Assembly: GCF_001644705.1 (NCBI RefSeq)
Contig: NZ_CP015137.1
Span: forward strand, 3,450,001-3,482,000
DNA: 32,000 bases
Source: Dickeya solani IPO 2222
GTDB taxonomy: Bacteria > Pseudomonadota > Gammaproteobacteria > Enterobacterales > Enterobacteriaceae
Direction: 5' to 3'
Under the pieces are notes generated by a model. The model saw only the letters and a list, made by a program, of their open reading frames with translations. It did not search any database and was not told the DNA's origin. Each line of letters begins with the position of its first letter. Position 1 is the first letter of the stretch. The position numbers and the translations under genes were made by a program. Shown here one piece after another: positions 9,225 to 18,793 of this stretch.

Positions 9225-9231
9225 GACGAGA

Positions 9232-10227
9232 TTACTTTATGAACTGAGCCAGGTTTTCTTTGTCAACCGGCACATAAGGTACGCGCACCACTTTGTTTTC
9301 AATTTTGAAGTCGGTGCCTTCGCCCGCCGGTTTACCCAGCGCCAGGTTTTTCGCCAGATCCAGCGTGGCTTTAGCCTGGTTTTCCGCGTCATTCAGCACG
9401 GTGCCGGCCAGCGCGCCGGATTTGATCAGCGACAGCGCTTCCGGCAGGGCGTCAACGCCGAACACCGGAATACTGCTCTTGTTGTGGGCTTTCAATGCTT
9501 CTACCGCACCCATGGCCATAGCGTCGTTGTTGGCGATGAGCACTTCGATCTTGTTGGCGTTAGGGCCGGACAGCCAGGCGTCAACTTTGTCTTTGGCCAT
9601 CGCGGTATCCCACATTGCGGTGTCCATCTGCAACTGCTGGACTTTCACCCCTTCTTTGGTCAGGGTGTCCACCACGTATTTGGTACGGGCTTCGGCATCC
9701 GGGTGGCCCGGCTCGCCTTTCAGCAGTGCGTACTGGATGGTGCCGTCTTTGTTCAGATCCCAGGACGAGTTCGCTTTCCAGTGTTTGGCGATCAACTGAC
9801 CCTGAATGATACCGGACTCTTTGGAATCGGTGCCGACGTAGTAAGCTTTGTCGTAGCTGGCCAGTACCTTGGCGTTGGGTTCTTTGTTAAAGAACACCAC
9901 CGGTACGTCGGCGGCTTTCGCTTTCTGCACCACTATCGCGGCAGCAGCCGGGTCAACCAGGTTGATAGCCAGCGCTTTCACGCCTTTGGCCAGCAGTACG
10001 TCCACCTGATCGTTCTGTTTGGATTGGTCGTTTTGTGAGTCATTCATCAGCAATTCGACGCCACCCAAGGCCTTGGCTTCTTTTTCAATATCCTTGCGTA
10101 CCATCGACATGAAGTTGTCGTCGTATTTGTAGATGGTGACGCCGATACGGGTGTCCGCGGCATGGGCGGTGGCTCCGAACATCATGCTGGCAACCAGGGC
10201 GGTGAGAGTGAAAACCTTCTTATTCAT
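9232..10227 (-). CDS. mglB: Galactose/glucose periplasmic binding protein MglB
   Basis: 331 aa from the ATG at 10227 ([41 protein letters not shown]...), which matches the E. coli MglB N-terminus. GGAGA lies 6 nt upstream. The track's longer start at 10278 has no support. Confidence 0.96.
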   Translation of the reverse strand: MNKKVFTLTALVASMMFGATAHAADTRIGVTIYKYDDNFMSMVRKDIEKEAKALGGVELLMNDSQNDQSKQNDQVDVLLAKGVKALAINLVDPAAAAIVVQKAKAADVPVVFFNKEPNAKVLASYDKAYYVGTDSKESGIIQGQLIAKHWKANSSWDLNKDGTIQYALLKGEPGHPDAEARTKYVVDTLTKEGVKVQQLQMDTAMWDTAMAKDKVDAWLSGPNANKIEVLIANNDAMAMGAVEALKAHNKSSIPVFGVDALPEALSLIKSGALAGTVLNDAENQAKATLDLAKNLALGKPAGEGTDFKIENKVVRVPYVPVDKENLAQFIK

Positions 10228-10547
10228 GATATCTCCGGGTGTATGCAGGGTAGTTCTCAGTCCGGCCGCACGACGCAAGGTAGACGTAATACGGCAGTCA
10301 GTTAGTCATCGTCAGTGTGGCATCGTAATGCCGGGCTGACGGAGTTTGCAGGCATGGCCCGCTTAAAGCCTGACTTCCCTGTTTTCAGGCAGTGCTCGCC
10401 TGTTCGGTGGCGCCGCCCGGTAATGCATCCTGGAACAGATAGCGTCCTGAAGCCGATATTGTGAACGTTTTCGCCGTGGCGGCCGCTAACGATTCAACTG
10501 ACTGGGCGACCGTGTTACAAGGCGTCCGGCCTACGCAGTACGCCCTC

Positions 10548-10608
10548 ATCATAGAGAGCGTAATGTTAATTAACTGTGAATTTACTCACAGATTGAAAGC
10601 GGTTACAT
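10548..10608 (-). promoter_or_regulatory. mglB promoter module: GalS/GalR operator, class-II CRP site and -10 hexamer
   Basis: The minus strand reads ATGTAACCGCTTTCAA (10593-10608, gal-operator type), then TGTGAgtaaatTCACA (10575-10590, perfect CRP core), then TATGAT (10548-10553) about 32 bp from the CRP centre. This matches my recollection of the E. coli mgl regulatory region. Confidence 0.85.
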
Positions 10609-10644
10609 GGATGATTTGAATAAATTAGTGACCGCTCCCACATT

Positions 10645-11643
10645 TTAACGGGCGGCCACCGAATGCCGCCGCACCAACGTCGGCATGAAGCAGTGTCTGG
10701 CGGTGGGGTCCAGCAGCCCGGCCGCGCCTTTCAGTGCCAGTTCTGTGGCAATTTTCGCCATAGAAACAATGGGGTAGCGAATAGTTGTCAGGCGCGGGTC
10801 GGTATAACGGGAAATCGGGATATCGTCGAAACCGACCACCGAAAACCGTTCCGGCACCGTGATGCCGTTATCTTTCAGCGCCATCAACGCACCGGCCGCC
10901 ATGCCATCGTTATAGGCGAATACCGCAGTCAGTTGCTGGTTGCGCCCCAGCAGTTCCACCATAGCCGCTTCACCGCCCTGCAGATCCGGCTCGCCGCTGG
11001 CGATCCACTCATCAGGCGGCTCGATACCCTGTTCCTGCAACGCCTGCTGCCAACCGGTAAGGCGTTCCGTCACGTCCTCTATCGGGTGGCTGGAGCGGAG
11101 ATAACCGATGCGCTGATGCCCTTGCTGCAACAGCATACGGGTCGCCATCATTGCGCCGCTGACGTTGTCGAGACAGACGCAGCGGTGTGGGTAGCCCGGC
11201 AGCAACCGGTTGATCAGCACCATACCGGGCACCTGGTCCATGAACTCCGCCAGTTCCTCATCAGATAAGGCTTTAGCATGGACAATCAGCGCGTTACAGC
11301 GCTGGCGGATCAGCACTTCGATGGCGTGCCGCTCCTTTTCTTCCTGATGATAGGAGTTGTTAATCAGCACATGTTTTTGCATGCGCTGTGCCACGGTGTC
11401 CACCGCTTTGACCATGGCGCCGAAGAACGGGTCCGACACGTCCATCACCACCACGCCGATGGTGTCGCTGACCTGCGAAGCCAACGCCTGCGCATTGGCG
11501 TTGGGCCGGTAGCCCAACTGCTCGACCGTTTGCAGTACCAGCTCGCGCGTTTGTTGGGTGACCGAGCTGCTGTTGTTGAGCACGCGGGAAACGGTGGCGA
11601 TGGAAACGCCCGCCTGGCGCGCGACATCACGAATGGTAATCAT
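10645..11643 (-). CDS. galS: LacI/GalR-family galactose isorepressor GalS
   Basis: 332 aa. N-terminal helix-turn-helix [24 protein letters not shown]. Collinear with E. coli GalS as I recall it, and positioned directly upstream of mglBAC as in E. coli. Confidence 0.9.
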   Translation of the reverse strand: MITIRDVARQAGVSIATVSRVLNNSSSVTQQTRELVLQTVEQLGYRPNANAQALASQVSDTIGVVVMDVSDPFFGAMVKAVDTVAQRMQKHVLINNSYHQEEKERHAIEVLIRQRCNALIVHAKALSDEELAEFMDQVPGMVLINRLLPGYPHRCVCLDNVSGAMMATRMLLQQGHQRIGYLRSSHPIEDVTERLTGWQQALQEQGIEPPDEWIASGEPDLQGGEAAMVELLGRNQQLTAVFAYNDGMAAGALMALKDNGITVPERFSVVGFDDIPISRYTDPRLTTIRYPIVSMAKIATELALKGAAGLLDPTARHCFMPTLVRRHSVAAR

Positions 11644-11733
11644 TAATACTCACCACAGAAGAAAAAGTTCACGAGGGCGACCCTGACACTCAAGCTGTAT
11701 AGGCATATTCTGTCAGGCGTTATGGAGAGACTG

Positions 11734-11768
11734 CGTGAGTCAGGTCACAGTGATGAAAGCGGTTACAT
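11734..11768 (-). promoter_or_regulatory. galS autoregulatory module: gal operator plus CRP-like site
   Basis: Plus-strand ATGAAAGCGGTTACAT (11753-11768) shares the 14-mer GAAAGCGGTTACAT with the mgl operator. cGTGAgtcaggTCACA (11734-11749) is a CRP-like site with the same order and nearly the same spacing as at mglB. It lies 90-125 nt upstream of the galS ATG. Confidence 0.7.
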
Positions 11769-11906
11769 ACAATTCTGTAACCTTTGTGATGAAGGTCATT
11801 ATCTGGGAGGAATGACCGTGAGTGGGCGTGGCGCCGCCAGTCGGGGAGTATCACTCAGGGAGAACGCCCCGGCAAAGCGCCAGGGCGAGTTAGGGAAGGA
11901 ACATGT

Positions 11907-12545
11907 TTACTCGGCAGCGTAACCGCAGGCGGAAATGGCCTCACTATCGAGCCAGGCCTGATTGTCGCGCAGCGCCAGCCGTCCAGCCAGAAACCAGCCC
12001 ACCACCAGCGGGTAGATGCTATATTCCTGCGTTTGCACCCGTTCCTGAACGTCCTGCTCGGTATCGCCGGGGAAAATCGGCACTCTGGCCTGCAGGATCA
12101 CCGGGCCGCCGTCCAGCTCTTCGGTCACGAAATGCACCGAGGTGCCGTGTTCGCTGTCGCCGTTTTCCAACGCTTTACGATGGGTGTGCAGACCGGGGTA
12201 TTTCGGCAGTAGCGACGGGTGGATGTTCAGCATTTTGCCGAGGAAGCGCGCCACGAATCCGGGGCTGAGAATACGCATGTACCCGGCCAGCACCACCACG
12301 TCCGGCTGGTATTGGTCGATTTCCACCGCCAGCGCCTGGTCGAACTCAGCACGGCTGGCGTAATCGCCCGGCAACAGCGCGTGGGCGGCGATACCGGCGT
12401 CACGCGCTCGCTCCAGACCGAAAGCGTCCGGATTGTTACTGAATACTGCGCTAATTCGCCCTGCGATGCGGCCGCTCTGGCAGGCGTCGATCAACGCCTG
12501 TAGATTGCTTCCCTGACCTGAAATCAGGACAACGATGCTTTTCAT
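11907..12545 (-). CDS. purN: Phosphoribosylglycinamide formyltransferase PurN
   Basis: 212 aa with motifs NIHPSLLPKYPGLHTH and GTSVHFVTEELDGGPVILQA. The start overlaps the purM stop (TAATG at 12543-12547). Confidence 0.97.
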   Translation of the reverse strand: MKSIVVLISGQGSNLQALIDACQSGRIAGRISAVFSNNPDAFGLERARDAGIAAHALLPGDYASRAEFDQALAVEIDQYQPDVVVLAGYMRILSPGFVARFLGKMLNIHPSLLPKYPGLHTHRKALENGDSEHGTSVHFVTEELDGGPVILQARVPIFPGDTEQDVQERVQTQEYSIYPLVVGWFLAGRLALRDNQAWLDSEAISACGYAAE

Positions 12546-13582
12546 TACTGAATAACCACTGTCTCTCCGCCGTCGGTGTGGGTAATCACGCCGATTTTCC
12601 AGGCGGTTTCGCCGTTGGCGTTGAGGTGGGCAATGGCCTTGTCCGCCTGATCCGCCGGCAGGGCGATAATCATGCCGACGCCGCAGTTAAAGGTACGGTA
12701 CATTTCATGACGGCTGACGTTGCCGCTCTGTCGCAGCCATTCGAACACCGCCGGCCACTGCCAACTGGATTCGTCGATGGTCGCCTGCATACCTTCCGGC
12801 AGTACGCGCGGGATGTTTTCCCAGAAGCCACCGCCGGTCAGATGAGAGATGGCGTGTACGTCCACGTTTTCGATCAGCGACAGTACCGATTTGACGTAGA
12901 TTTTGGTCGGGGCCAGCAAATGGTCCGCCAGCGGTTTGCCATCCAGTTGAACCTGTTCCGGGTTGGCGCCGCTCACTTCGAGGATCTTGCGGATCAGCGA
13001 GTAGCCATTGGAGTGCGGGCCGCTGGACGCCAGTGCGATCAGCGCGTCGCCTGCACGGACTTTGCTGCCGTCGATGATATCGGCTTTTTCGACCACGCCG
13101 ACGCAGAAACCGGCCACATCGTAGTCGTCGCCGTGGTACATGCCGGGCATTTCGGCGGTTTCACCGCCCACCAGCGCGCAACCAGACTGTTTGCAGCCTT
13201 CGGCGATACCGGTGATGACGCGGGCGGCGGTGTCCACATCCAGCTTCCCGGTGGCGTAATAATCCAGGAAAAACAGCGGCTCGGCACCCTGTACCACCAG
13301 ATCGTTGACGCACATCGCCACCAGATCGATACCAATCGTATCATGACGCTGCAGGTCCATCGCCAGACGCAGCTTGGTGCCGACACCGTCCGTACCGGAA
13401 ACCAGTACCGGTTCGCGGTATTTTTGCGGTAAGGCGCACAGGGCACCGAAACCGCCCAGTCCACCCATGACTTCCGGGCGACGGGTCTGTTTCACTACAC
13501 CTTTGATACGGTCTACCAATGCATTGCCAGCATCAATATCCACGCCTGCGTCTTTATAGCTGAGAGAGGTTTTATCGGTCAC
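12545..13582 (-). CDS. purM: Phosphoribosylformylglycinamidine cyclo-ligase (AIR synthetase) PurM
   Basis: The GTG at 13582 gives [23 protein letters not shown]... and 345 aa, matching the E. coli PurM N-terminus and length as I recall them. GGGGA lies 8 nt upstream. The track's GTG at 13597 is an alternative start. Confidence 0.95.
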   Translation of the reverse strand: MTDKTSLSYKDAGVDIDAGNALVDRIKGVVKQTRRPEVMGGLGGFGALCALPQKYREPVLVSGTDGVGTKLRLAMDLQRHDTIGIDLVAMCVNDLVVQGAEPLFFLDYYATGKLDVDTAARVITGIAEGCKQSGCALVGGETAEMPGMYHGDDYDVAGFCVGVVEKADIIDGSKVRAGDALIALASSGPHSNGYSLIRKILEVSGANPEQVQLDGKPLADHLLAPTKIYVKSVLSLIENVDVHAISHLTGGGFWENIPRVLPEGMQATIDESSWQWPAVFEWLRQSGNVSRHEMYRTFNCGVGMIIALPADQADKAIAHLNANGETAWKIGVITHTDGGETVVIQ

Positions 13583-13646
13583 TGCGGAAGTCCCCACGGA
13601 GGTTACGATTGGTTTAAAAAATGGAGCGCGCTAATTCTAACAGCGT

Positions 13647-13662
13647 AAGCAAACGTTTGCGA
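13647..13662. promoter_or_regulatory. PurR operator upstream of purMN
   Basis: AAGCAAACGTTTGCGA matches the PurR palindrome ACGCAAACGTTTGCGT at 14/16. It lies 65-80 nt upstream of the purM start. Confidence 0.8.
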
Positions 13663-13803
13663 GCGGTGTCTTTGCGGCGTGGCGGTTTCGGCAAGCCGGT
13701 GTGACGCTCACTGTCGGCTGGCGTGCTGATTGACTCGCGGTAATTTCCGTTTCGGCTTGATTTGGATCAGACTTGAGTCTATGGCGTACGTTCGAAAAAG
13801 CGG

Positions 13804-13824
13804 TATAATCCCGCGATTTTTTTG
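13804..13824 (+). promoter_or_regulatory. upp promoter -10 element plus initially transcribed G-A-T7 tract (UTP-sensitive start-site choice and reiterative transcription)
   Basis: TATAAT (13804-13809) is followed by CCCGC GATTTTTTTGG (G 13815, A 13816, T7 13817-13823). This is the arrangement described for E. coli upp. Confidence 0.7.
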
Positions 13825-13854
13825 GCCGTCCATTGCCGATGGGGAGAAAGAGTA

Positions 13855-14481
13855 ATGAAAATCGTCGAGGTGAAACACCCGCTCGTCAAACATAAACTGG
13901 GTCTGATGCGCGAACACGATGTCAGTACCAAGCGTTTCCGTGAACTGGCGTCTGAAGTCGGCAGTTTGCTGACCTACGAAGCCACCGCCGATCTGGCGAC
14001 GGAAAAGGTGACCATCGAAGGCTGGTGCGGCCCGGTCGAAGTCGACCAAATCAAAGGTAAGAAAATTACCGTGGTGCCCATCCTGCGCGCCGGTCTTGGC
14101 ATGATGGAAGGGGTGCTGGAAAACGTGCCCAGCGCGCGTATCAGCGTAGTGGGGATGTACCGCGACGAACAGACGCTGGAGCCGGTGCCCTATTTTCAGA
14201 AACTGGCTTCCAATATTGATGAGCGCATGGCGCTGGTGGTGGACCCGATGCTGGCGACCGGCGGCTCGATGATCGCTACTATCGATCTGCTGAAAAAAGC
14301 CGGTTGCCGCAGCATCAAGGTGTTGGTGCTGGTAGCGGCGCCGGAAGGGATCGCCGCGCTGGAGAAAGCGCACCCAGATGTAGAACTCTATACCGCCTCG
14401 ATTGACAAGGGCCTCAACGAACACGGCTACATCATGCCGGGCCTGGGCGATGCGGGCGACAAACTGTTTGGTACCAAATGA
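13855..14481 (+). CDS. upp: Uracil phosphoribosyltransferase Upp
   Basis: 208 aa from the ATG at 13855 ([20 protein letters not shown]...), preceded by GGGGAGAAAG. Has the PRPP motif [11 protein letters not shown]. The track start at 13822 is an upstream extension. Confidence 0.97.
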   Translation: MKIVEVKHPLVKHKLGLMREHDVSTKRFRELASEVGSLLTYEATADLATEKVTIEGWCGPVEVDQIKGKKITVVPILRAGLGMMEGVLENVPSARISVVGMYRDEQTLEPVPYFQKLASNIDERMALVVDPMLATGGSMIATIDLLKKAGCRSIKVLVLVAAPEGIAALEKAHPDVELYTASIDKGLNEHGYIMPGLGDAGDKLFGTK

Positions 14482-14486
14482 TATTC

Positions 14487-14513
14487 AGCCGACTCCAGAG
14501 TCGGCTTTTTTTT
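14487..14513 (+). terminator. Intrinsic terminator or attenuator between upp and uraA
   Basis: AGCCGACT (14487-14494) pairs with AGTCGGCT (14499-14506), loop CCAG, followed by seven T (14507-14513). Confidence 0.85.
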
Positions 14514-14661
14514 GCGTACGCCACCGCCCGTTCCTGATGTGACGGGTTGTTCCTGCGCATACCACGGATGGCGACATTTTTTCGGCGCCGGTGTGTGCCG
14601 GCGCTGAACTTTCTGCCGGGTTCTCCGGTATTTTTCAGTCTGAGACACAGAGGAAAACAAG

Positions 14662-15951
14662 ATGACTCGTCGCGCCATCGGCGTCAGTGAACGACCCCCG
14701 CTCCTGCAAACCATACCGCTGAGTTTCCAGCATCTGTTCGCCATGTTTGGCGCCACCGTGCTGGTGCCGATTCTGTTCAAGGTCAACCCGGCGACCGTAC
14801 TGCTGTTTAACGGCATCGGCACGTTGCTCTATCTGTTTATCTGCCGAGGCAAGATTCCGGCCTATCTCGGTTCCAGCTTTGCCTTTATTTCTCCGGTATT
14901 GCTGCTGTTGCCGCTGGGCTATGAAGTAGCGCTGGGCGGCTTCATTCTGTGCGGCGTGCTGTTTTGCCTGGTGGCGTTGCTGGTGAAAAAGGCCGGAATT
15001 GGCTGGCTGAATGTGATTTTCCCGCCGGCAGCGATGGGCGCGATTGTTGCGGTGATCGGTCTGGAACTGGCGGGCGTGGCGGCGAACATGGCGGGGTTGT
15101 TGCCTGCCGCCGGCACGGACGTAGACGGTAAAACCGTCACCATTTCGCTGGTGACGCTGGCGGTCACGATACTGGGTTCCGTGCTGTTTCGTGGTTTTCT
15201 GGCCATTATCCCGATTCTGATCGGTGTATTGGCAGGGTATGCGCTCTCCTTCATCATGGGCGTGGTGGATCTGGCGCCGATCGCCCAGGCGCCCTGGTTC
15301 GCGCTGCCGACGTTTTACACGCCGCGTTTTGAATGGGTGGCGATGCTGACGGTGTTGCCTGCCGCGTTGGTGGTGATTGCCGAGCACATTGGTCATCTGG
15401 TGGTGACCGCCAATATCGTGAAAAAAGATCTGATGCGCGATCCGGGTCTGCACCGTTCTTTGTTCGCCAACGGCGTGTCTACCATACTGTCTGGTTTCTT
15501 TGGCTCCACCCCGAATACCACCTATGGCGAGAATATCGGCGTGCTGGCGATCACCAAGGTTTACAGTACCTGGGTGATTGGCGGTGCGGCAGTGCTTGCG
15601 ATTCTGCTTTCCTGCGTGGGTAAACTGGCCGCCGCGATTCAGGCGGTGCCGGTGCCGGTGATGGGCGGCGTGTCGCTGCTGCTGTACGGGGTTATCGGCG
15701 CGTCCGGCATCCGGGTGCTGATCGAATCCAAAGTAGATTACAACAAGGCGCAGAATCTGATCCTGACCTCGGTTATCCTGATTATCGGCGTCAGCGGCGC
15801 GAAGATCCATCTGGGTGCCGTGGAACTGAAAGGCATGGCGCTGGCGACGGTGGTAGGCGTGTTCCTGAGCCTGCTGTTCCGCGTCATCAGCATATTCCGC
15901 AAGGAAGAAGAGGTGATTGACGAGACGGACGACCAGGCTTCCGCACAGTAA
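14662..15951 (+). CDS. uraA: Uracil:proton symporter UraA
   Basis: 429 aa. N-terminus MTRRAIGVSERPPLLQTIPLSFQHLFAMFGATVLVP is nearly identical to E. coli UraA as I recall it. Same length. Confidence 0.97.
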   Translation: MTRRAIGVSERPPLLQTIPLSFQHLFAMFGATVLVPILFKVNPATVLLFNGIGTLLYLFICRGKIPAYLGSSFAFISPVLLLLPLGYEVALGGFILCGVLFCLVALLVKKAGIGWLNVIFPPAAMGAIVAVIGLELAGVAANMAGLLPAAGTDVDGKTVTISLVTLAVTILGSVLFRGFLAIIPILIGVLAGYALSFIMGVVDLAPIAQAPWFALPTFYTPRFEWVAMLTVLPAALVVIAEHIGHLVVTANIVKKDLMRDPGLHRSLFANGVSTILSGFFGSTPNTTYGENIGVLAITKVYSTWVIGGAAVLAILLSCVGKLAAAIQAVPVPVMGGVSLLLYGVIGASGIRVLIESKVDYNKAQNLILTSVILIIGVSGAKIHLGAVELKGMALATVVGVFLSLLFRVISIFRKEEEVIDETDDQASAQ

Positions 15952-16066
15952 TCTTAGGGCCCGCCGGTGCGCTGGCGGGCCATGCGGCGAAGCGACCGGT
16001 TGACGGTTCAATCGCAAAAGGTTTCTATGCTAAACTTGATCCGTTTTCCTGCCTGTTTGGTTTGAG

Positions 16067-16774
16067 GTGCTTCTGAACACACCGGCACAGTTATCATTGC
16101 CACTCTATTTGCCCGATGACGAAACCTTTGCCAGTTTCTATCCGGGAGAAAATACGTCTCTGCTGGCCGCTATCCACACGACGCTGGGTCAGGAACATGG
16201 CAGCTACATCTATTTCTGGTCGCGCGAAGGCGGCGGGCGTAGCCACCTGCTGCATGCCGCGTGCGCGGAGCTATCCCGTCTTGGCCGTGCGGTCGGCTAT
16301 GTGCCGCTGGATAAACGCGCCTATTTTGTCCCGGACGTGCTGGAAGGAATGGAGCAACTGGCGCTGGTATGCATCGACAATATCGAGTCGATTGCCGGCG
16401 ATGAGGTATGGGAAATGGCGCTGTTCAATCTGTACAACCGCATTCAGGAAGGCGGGCGCACCCGGCTGCTGATCACCGGCGATCGTCCGCCGCGTCAGAT
16501 CAATCTGCAACTGGCGGATCTGGCGTCACGTCTTGACTGGGGGCAAATTTACCGGCTGCAGCCGCTGTCGGATGAAGAGAAAGGCGAAGCGCTGCAGTTG
16601 CGCGCCCGGCTGCGTGGTTTTGAACTGCCGGAAGACGTCAGCCGTTTTCTGCTTAAACGGCTGGATCGGGAAATGCGAACCCTATTCATGACGCTGGATC
16701 AGCTGGATCACGCCTCCATTACCGCCCAGCGTAAGCTGACGATTCCTTTCGTCAAAGAGATCCTCGGGCTGTGA
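16067..16774 (+). CDS. hda: DnaA-inactivating AAA+ protein Hda (start codon uncertain: GTG 16067 or CTG 16073)
   Basis: Has the N-terminal clamp-binding motif QLSLPL, a Walker-A-like GGGRSHLL, and C-terminal [17 protein letters not shown]. There is no in-frame ATG near the N-terminus. Confidence 0.92.
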   Translation: MLLNTPAQLSLPLYLPDDETFASFYPGENTSLLAAIHTTLGQEHGSYIYFWSREGGGRSHLLHAACAELSRLGRAVGYVPLDKRAYFVPDVLEGMEQLALVCIDNIESIAGDEVWEMALFNLYNRIQEGGRTRLLITGDRPPRQINLQLADLASRLDWGQIYRLQPLSDEEKGEALQLRARLRGFELPEDVSRFLLKRLDREMRTLFMTLDQLDHASITAQRKLTIPFVKEILGL

Positions 16775-16789
16775 CGCCGCCCGTCACAG
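16769..16789. other. 8-bp palindromic hairpin holding the stop codons of convergent hda and yfgD
   Basis: CTGTGACG (16769-16776) pairs with CGTCACAG (16782-16789), loop CCGCC. The hda TGA (16772-16774) is in one arm and the yfgD TGA (complement of 16784-16786) is in the other. No U-tracts. Confidence 0.6.
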
Positions 16790-17140
16790 AATATCCAGCA
16801 CCTGCTCCGGCGGGCGGCCGAGCTTAGCTTTGCCGTTGGCGACCACTATCGGGCGTTCAATCAGCTTGGGGTGGTCCGCCAGCGCCTGAATCAGTTGCGC
16901 TTCCGTCAGGCTGTCGTCGGCCAGATTCAGTTCACGGTACAGATCTTCTTTACGGCGCATCAGTTCGCGCGCGCTGGCGAATCCCAGTTGTTTGAGAAGC
17001 TTACCGAGCGCGGCGGCATCCGGCGGCACGTCCAGATACAGCACCACTTCCGGATCGATACCTTGTTGCTGCAGCAACGCCAGGGTTTCGCGGCTCTTGG
17101 AGCAGCGGGGATTATGATAAATGGTCACCGGTTTACTCAT
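16784..17140 (-). CDS. yfgD: ArsC/Spx-family thioredoxin-fold protein (YfgD-like)
   Basis: 118 aa with N-terminal IYHNPRCSKSRETL (ArsC-family cysteine). Positioned between hda and bepA as in E. coli. AAGGTGAG lies upstream of the ATG. Confidence 0.85.
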   Translation of the reverse strand: MSKPVTIYHNPRCSKSRETLALLQQQGIDPEVVLYLDVPPDAAALGKLLKQLGFASARELMRRKEDLYRELNLADDSLTEAQLIQALADHPKLIERPIVVANGKAKLGRPPEQVLDIL

Positions 17141-17154
17141 TCAACTCACCTTTT

Positions 17155-18618
17155 TCAGGATTTCTCATAAGGACGGAAACGTTGCTGCAACGCGCGCAGC
17201 TGATCGATGCGGGCGTCGTAGCGCGCCTGATCGAGGCTGCCGAGTTTGCTTTGTGAGCTGGCGTTGCTCAACAGGCGGATAGCCTGATCCAGCTTGCCGT
17301 TCAGCGCCAGGCTTTCCGCCCGGGATGACAATTCTTCTCCACGCATGTTTTGTGCGGCGGAAGCCTGCGCCAGCAAGTCCCAACCGTTCGGATCGTCCGG
17401 GTGGGCGTAAGTGTATTTGCGCAGAATACGGATGGCATCGGCAGACTTGCGGCTTTCCACCATCGCGTTGGCCAGGTTGAGCTGCAGCACTGGGTTGTCT
17501 TGCACGTCCGGCACCTTCTGCAGGCGAGCGACTGCCTGATCGGCGCGCTGCTGGCCGATATCAATATCGGTCATCAGATCAAGAAACCAGGGGTTTGACG
17601 GCGATTTGTCCAGCAGCGGTTGCAGTGTGGCGCGTGCATCATCGTATTTCTTGGTCTGATAGGCGCGGATCGCGCGGCCATATTGGGCGGCCTGTTGCTC
17701 GCGCGCATTGCCTTTGGCCCAGTTGTCCAGCAGCGCGGCGCCATACGGGTTGTCTTGTGAGCCGTACATGCCCAACACGCGGGTCTTGGCGAACAGAAAA
17801 TCCTGCGAGGAATGCATCGGGACCGATTTCATCTGGTTGGCGCGGTTACGGGCGTCCGACAGCCGGCTTTCCGGTAACGGGTGCGTCAGCAGCATTTCCG
17901 GCGGCTTAGTGGCGTAGCGGGAGGAGTCCGCCAGCCGTTGCAGGAAATTGGGCATCGCCTGCGGGTCGAACCCGGCGCGTTGCAGTACCTGAATCCCAAT
18001 GCGGTCCGCTTCCTGTTCGTTGGACTGGGTAAAGCTGATGACGCTTTGCTGCGCGCCGGCCAGCGTGCCGCTCAGCGCGGCGAACCCGGCTTGCGGGTTC
18101 GCCATCGCCAGCAGCAGCGAACCGAAGGCGCCGGCCCAGGCCAGCGGCGCGTTGGCTTTCTGGGCTTCCATCGCGCGCGCCAGGTGACGCTGGGTCACGT
18201 GGGAGATTTCGTGCGCCAGCACCGATGCCAGCTCGCTTTCATTCTCTACGTAGCGGAACAGCCCGGAGTGCAGCACCACATTGCCGCCAAAAAAGGCAAA
18301 GGCGTTGATTTCGTCGTTATTGACCAAAAAGAAATGGAACGGAGTACGCACGGAATCTGCTGACTTGACCAGCCGTCCGCCCAGTTGGTTAATGTACTGC
18401 ATCAGCAGCGGGTCATTAATCAGCGGCGCGCCGGCACGCAACTGGCGCAGGTAGAAGTCCCCCATCACCAGCTCCTGATTGATGCTGAGCGTTCCGCCGG
18501 CGGTAGTGCCGATGTCCGGCAGATTTTCCTGCGTGCCGGCCGGGAAACCCTGAGGACTTGTGCTCAGCAACACACCTGCCAGTATGGCGATGACCGTCTG
18601 TTTGAGCCGATAGGACAT
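17155..18618 (-). CDS. bepA: Periplasmic M48 metalloprotease/chaperone with TPR domain, BepA (YfgC)
   Basis: 487 aa with a signal sequence, the zinc motif HEISH ([12 protein letters not shown]), and a C-terminal TPR-like helical region. Confidence 0.92.
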   Translation of the reverse strand: MSYRLKQTVIAILAGVLLSTSPQGFPAGTQENLPDIGTTAGGTLSINQELVMGDFYLRQLRAGAPLINDPLLMQYINQLGGRLVKSADSVRTPFHFFLVNNDEINAFAFFGGNVVLHSGLFRYVENESELASVLAHEISHVTQRHLARAMEAQKANAPLAWAGAFGSLLLAMANPQAGFAALSGTLAGAQQSVISFTQSNEQEADRIGIQVLQRAGFDPQAMPNFLQRLADSSRYATKPPEMLLTHPLPESRLSDARNRANQMKSVPMHSSQDFLFAKTRVLGMYGSQDNPYGAALLDNWAKGNAREQQAAQYGRAIRAYQTKKYDDARATLQPLLDKSPSNPWFLDLMTDIDIGQQRADQAVARLQKVPDVQDNPVLQLNLANAMVESRKSADAIRILRKYTYAHPDDPNGWDLLAQASAAQNMRGEELSSRAESLALNGKLDQAIRLLSNASSQSKLGSLDQARYDARIDQLRALQQRFRPYEKS

Positions 18619-18793
18619 AACGGATACAACCTTCTGAACAGCCTGAAAGAATTGTCATCATCTTAGCCAGCGGCGGCACACAATGAAACACGGGTGGGGG
18701 AAAAAGACGGCGTAAAAAACGGAAAATGCGGCGCGAAAAACAGTTTGCCGGCGCATCAGACGTTGCACCGGCAATAATCGGGAAAGAAAGGGT

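Noticed and set aside
9232-10278. N-terminally extended starts in the ORF track: mglB 10278, upp 13822, purM 13597, bcp 19264, dapA 19963, bamC 20873, M15 peptidase 27734, cspE 30083, crcB 30890, hydrolase 30974.
   Set aside because: Downstream starts reproduce the orthologue N-termini and lengths, have Shine-Dalgarno sequences, and avoid overlaps with neighbouring genes, signal-peptide displacement or the riboswitch.
11722-11922. 66-aa plus-strand ORF in the galS-purN intergenic region.
   Set aside because: It overlaps the galS operator and CRP sites and the end of purN, and has no ribosome-binding site or recognisable sequence.
15958-15981. GC hairpin GGCCCGCC pairing with GGCGGGCC directly after uraA.
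   Set aside because: It has no U-tract, so it could be a REP-like or stabilising hairpin. The evidence is insufficient to call it a terminator.
14635-16017. Very long antisense ORFs opposite real genes: 460 aa opposite uraA, 321 aa opposite bamC (20885-21850), 292 aa opposite the receptor (1998-2876), 284 aa opposite purM (12578-13432), 258 aa opposite dapE (28031-28807), 251 aa opposite the SBP (5646-6401), 238 aa opposite upp (13708-14424), and others.
   Set aside because: Each lies entirely within a confidently identified gene on the other strand. Their products are low-complexity and rich in R, H, Q, G and A, with no recognisable motifs. Stop-poor shadow frames like these are expected in GC-rich coding DNA.
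18619-18700. Sigma-E-type promoter upstream of bepA (TCAGA with an upstream ACAATT).
   Set aside because: The spacing is about 12 nt rather than about 16, and the -35 match is poor.
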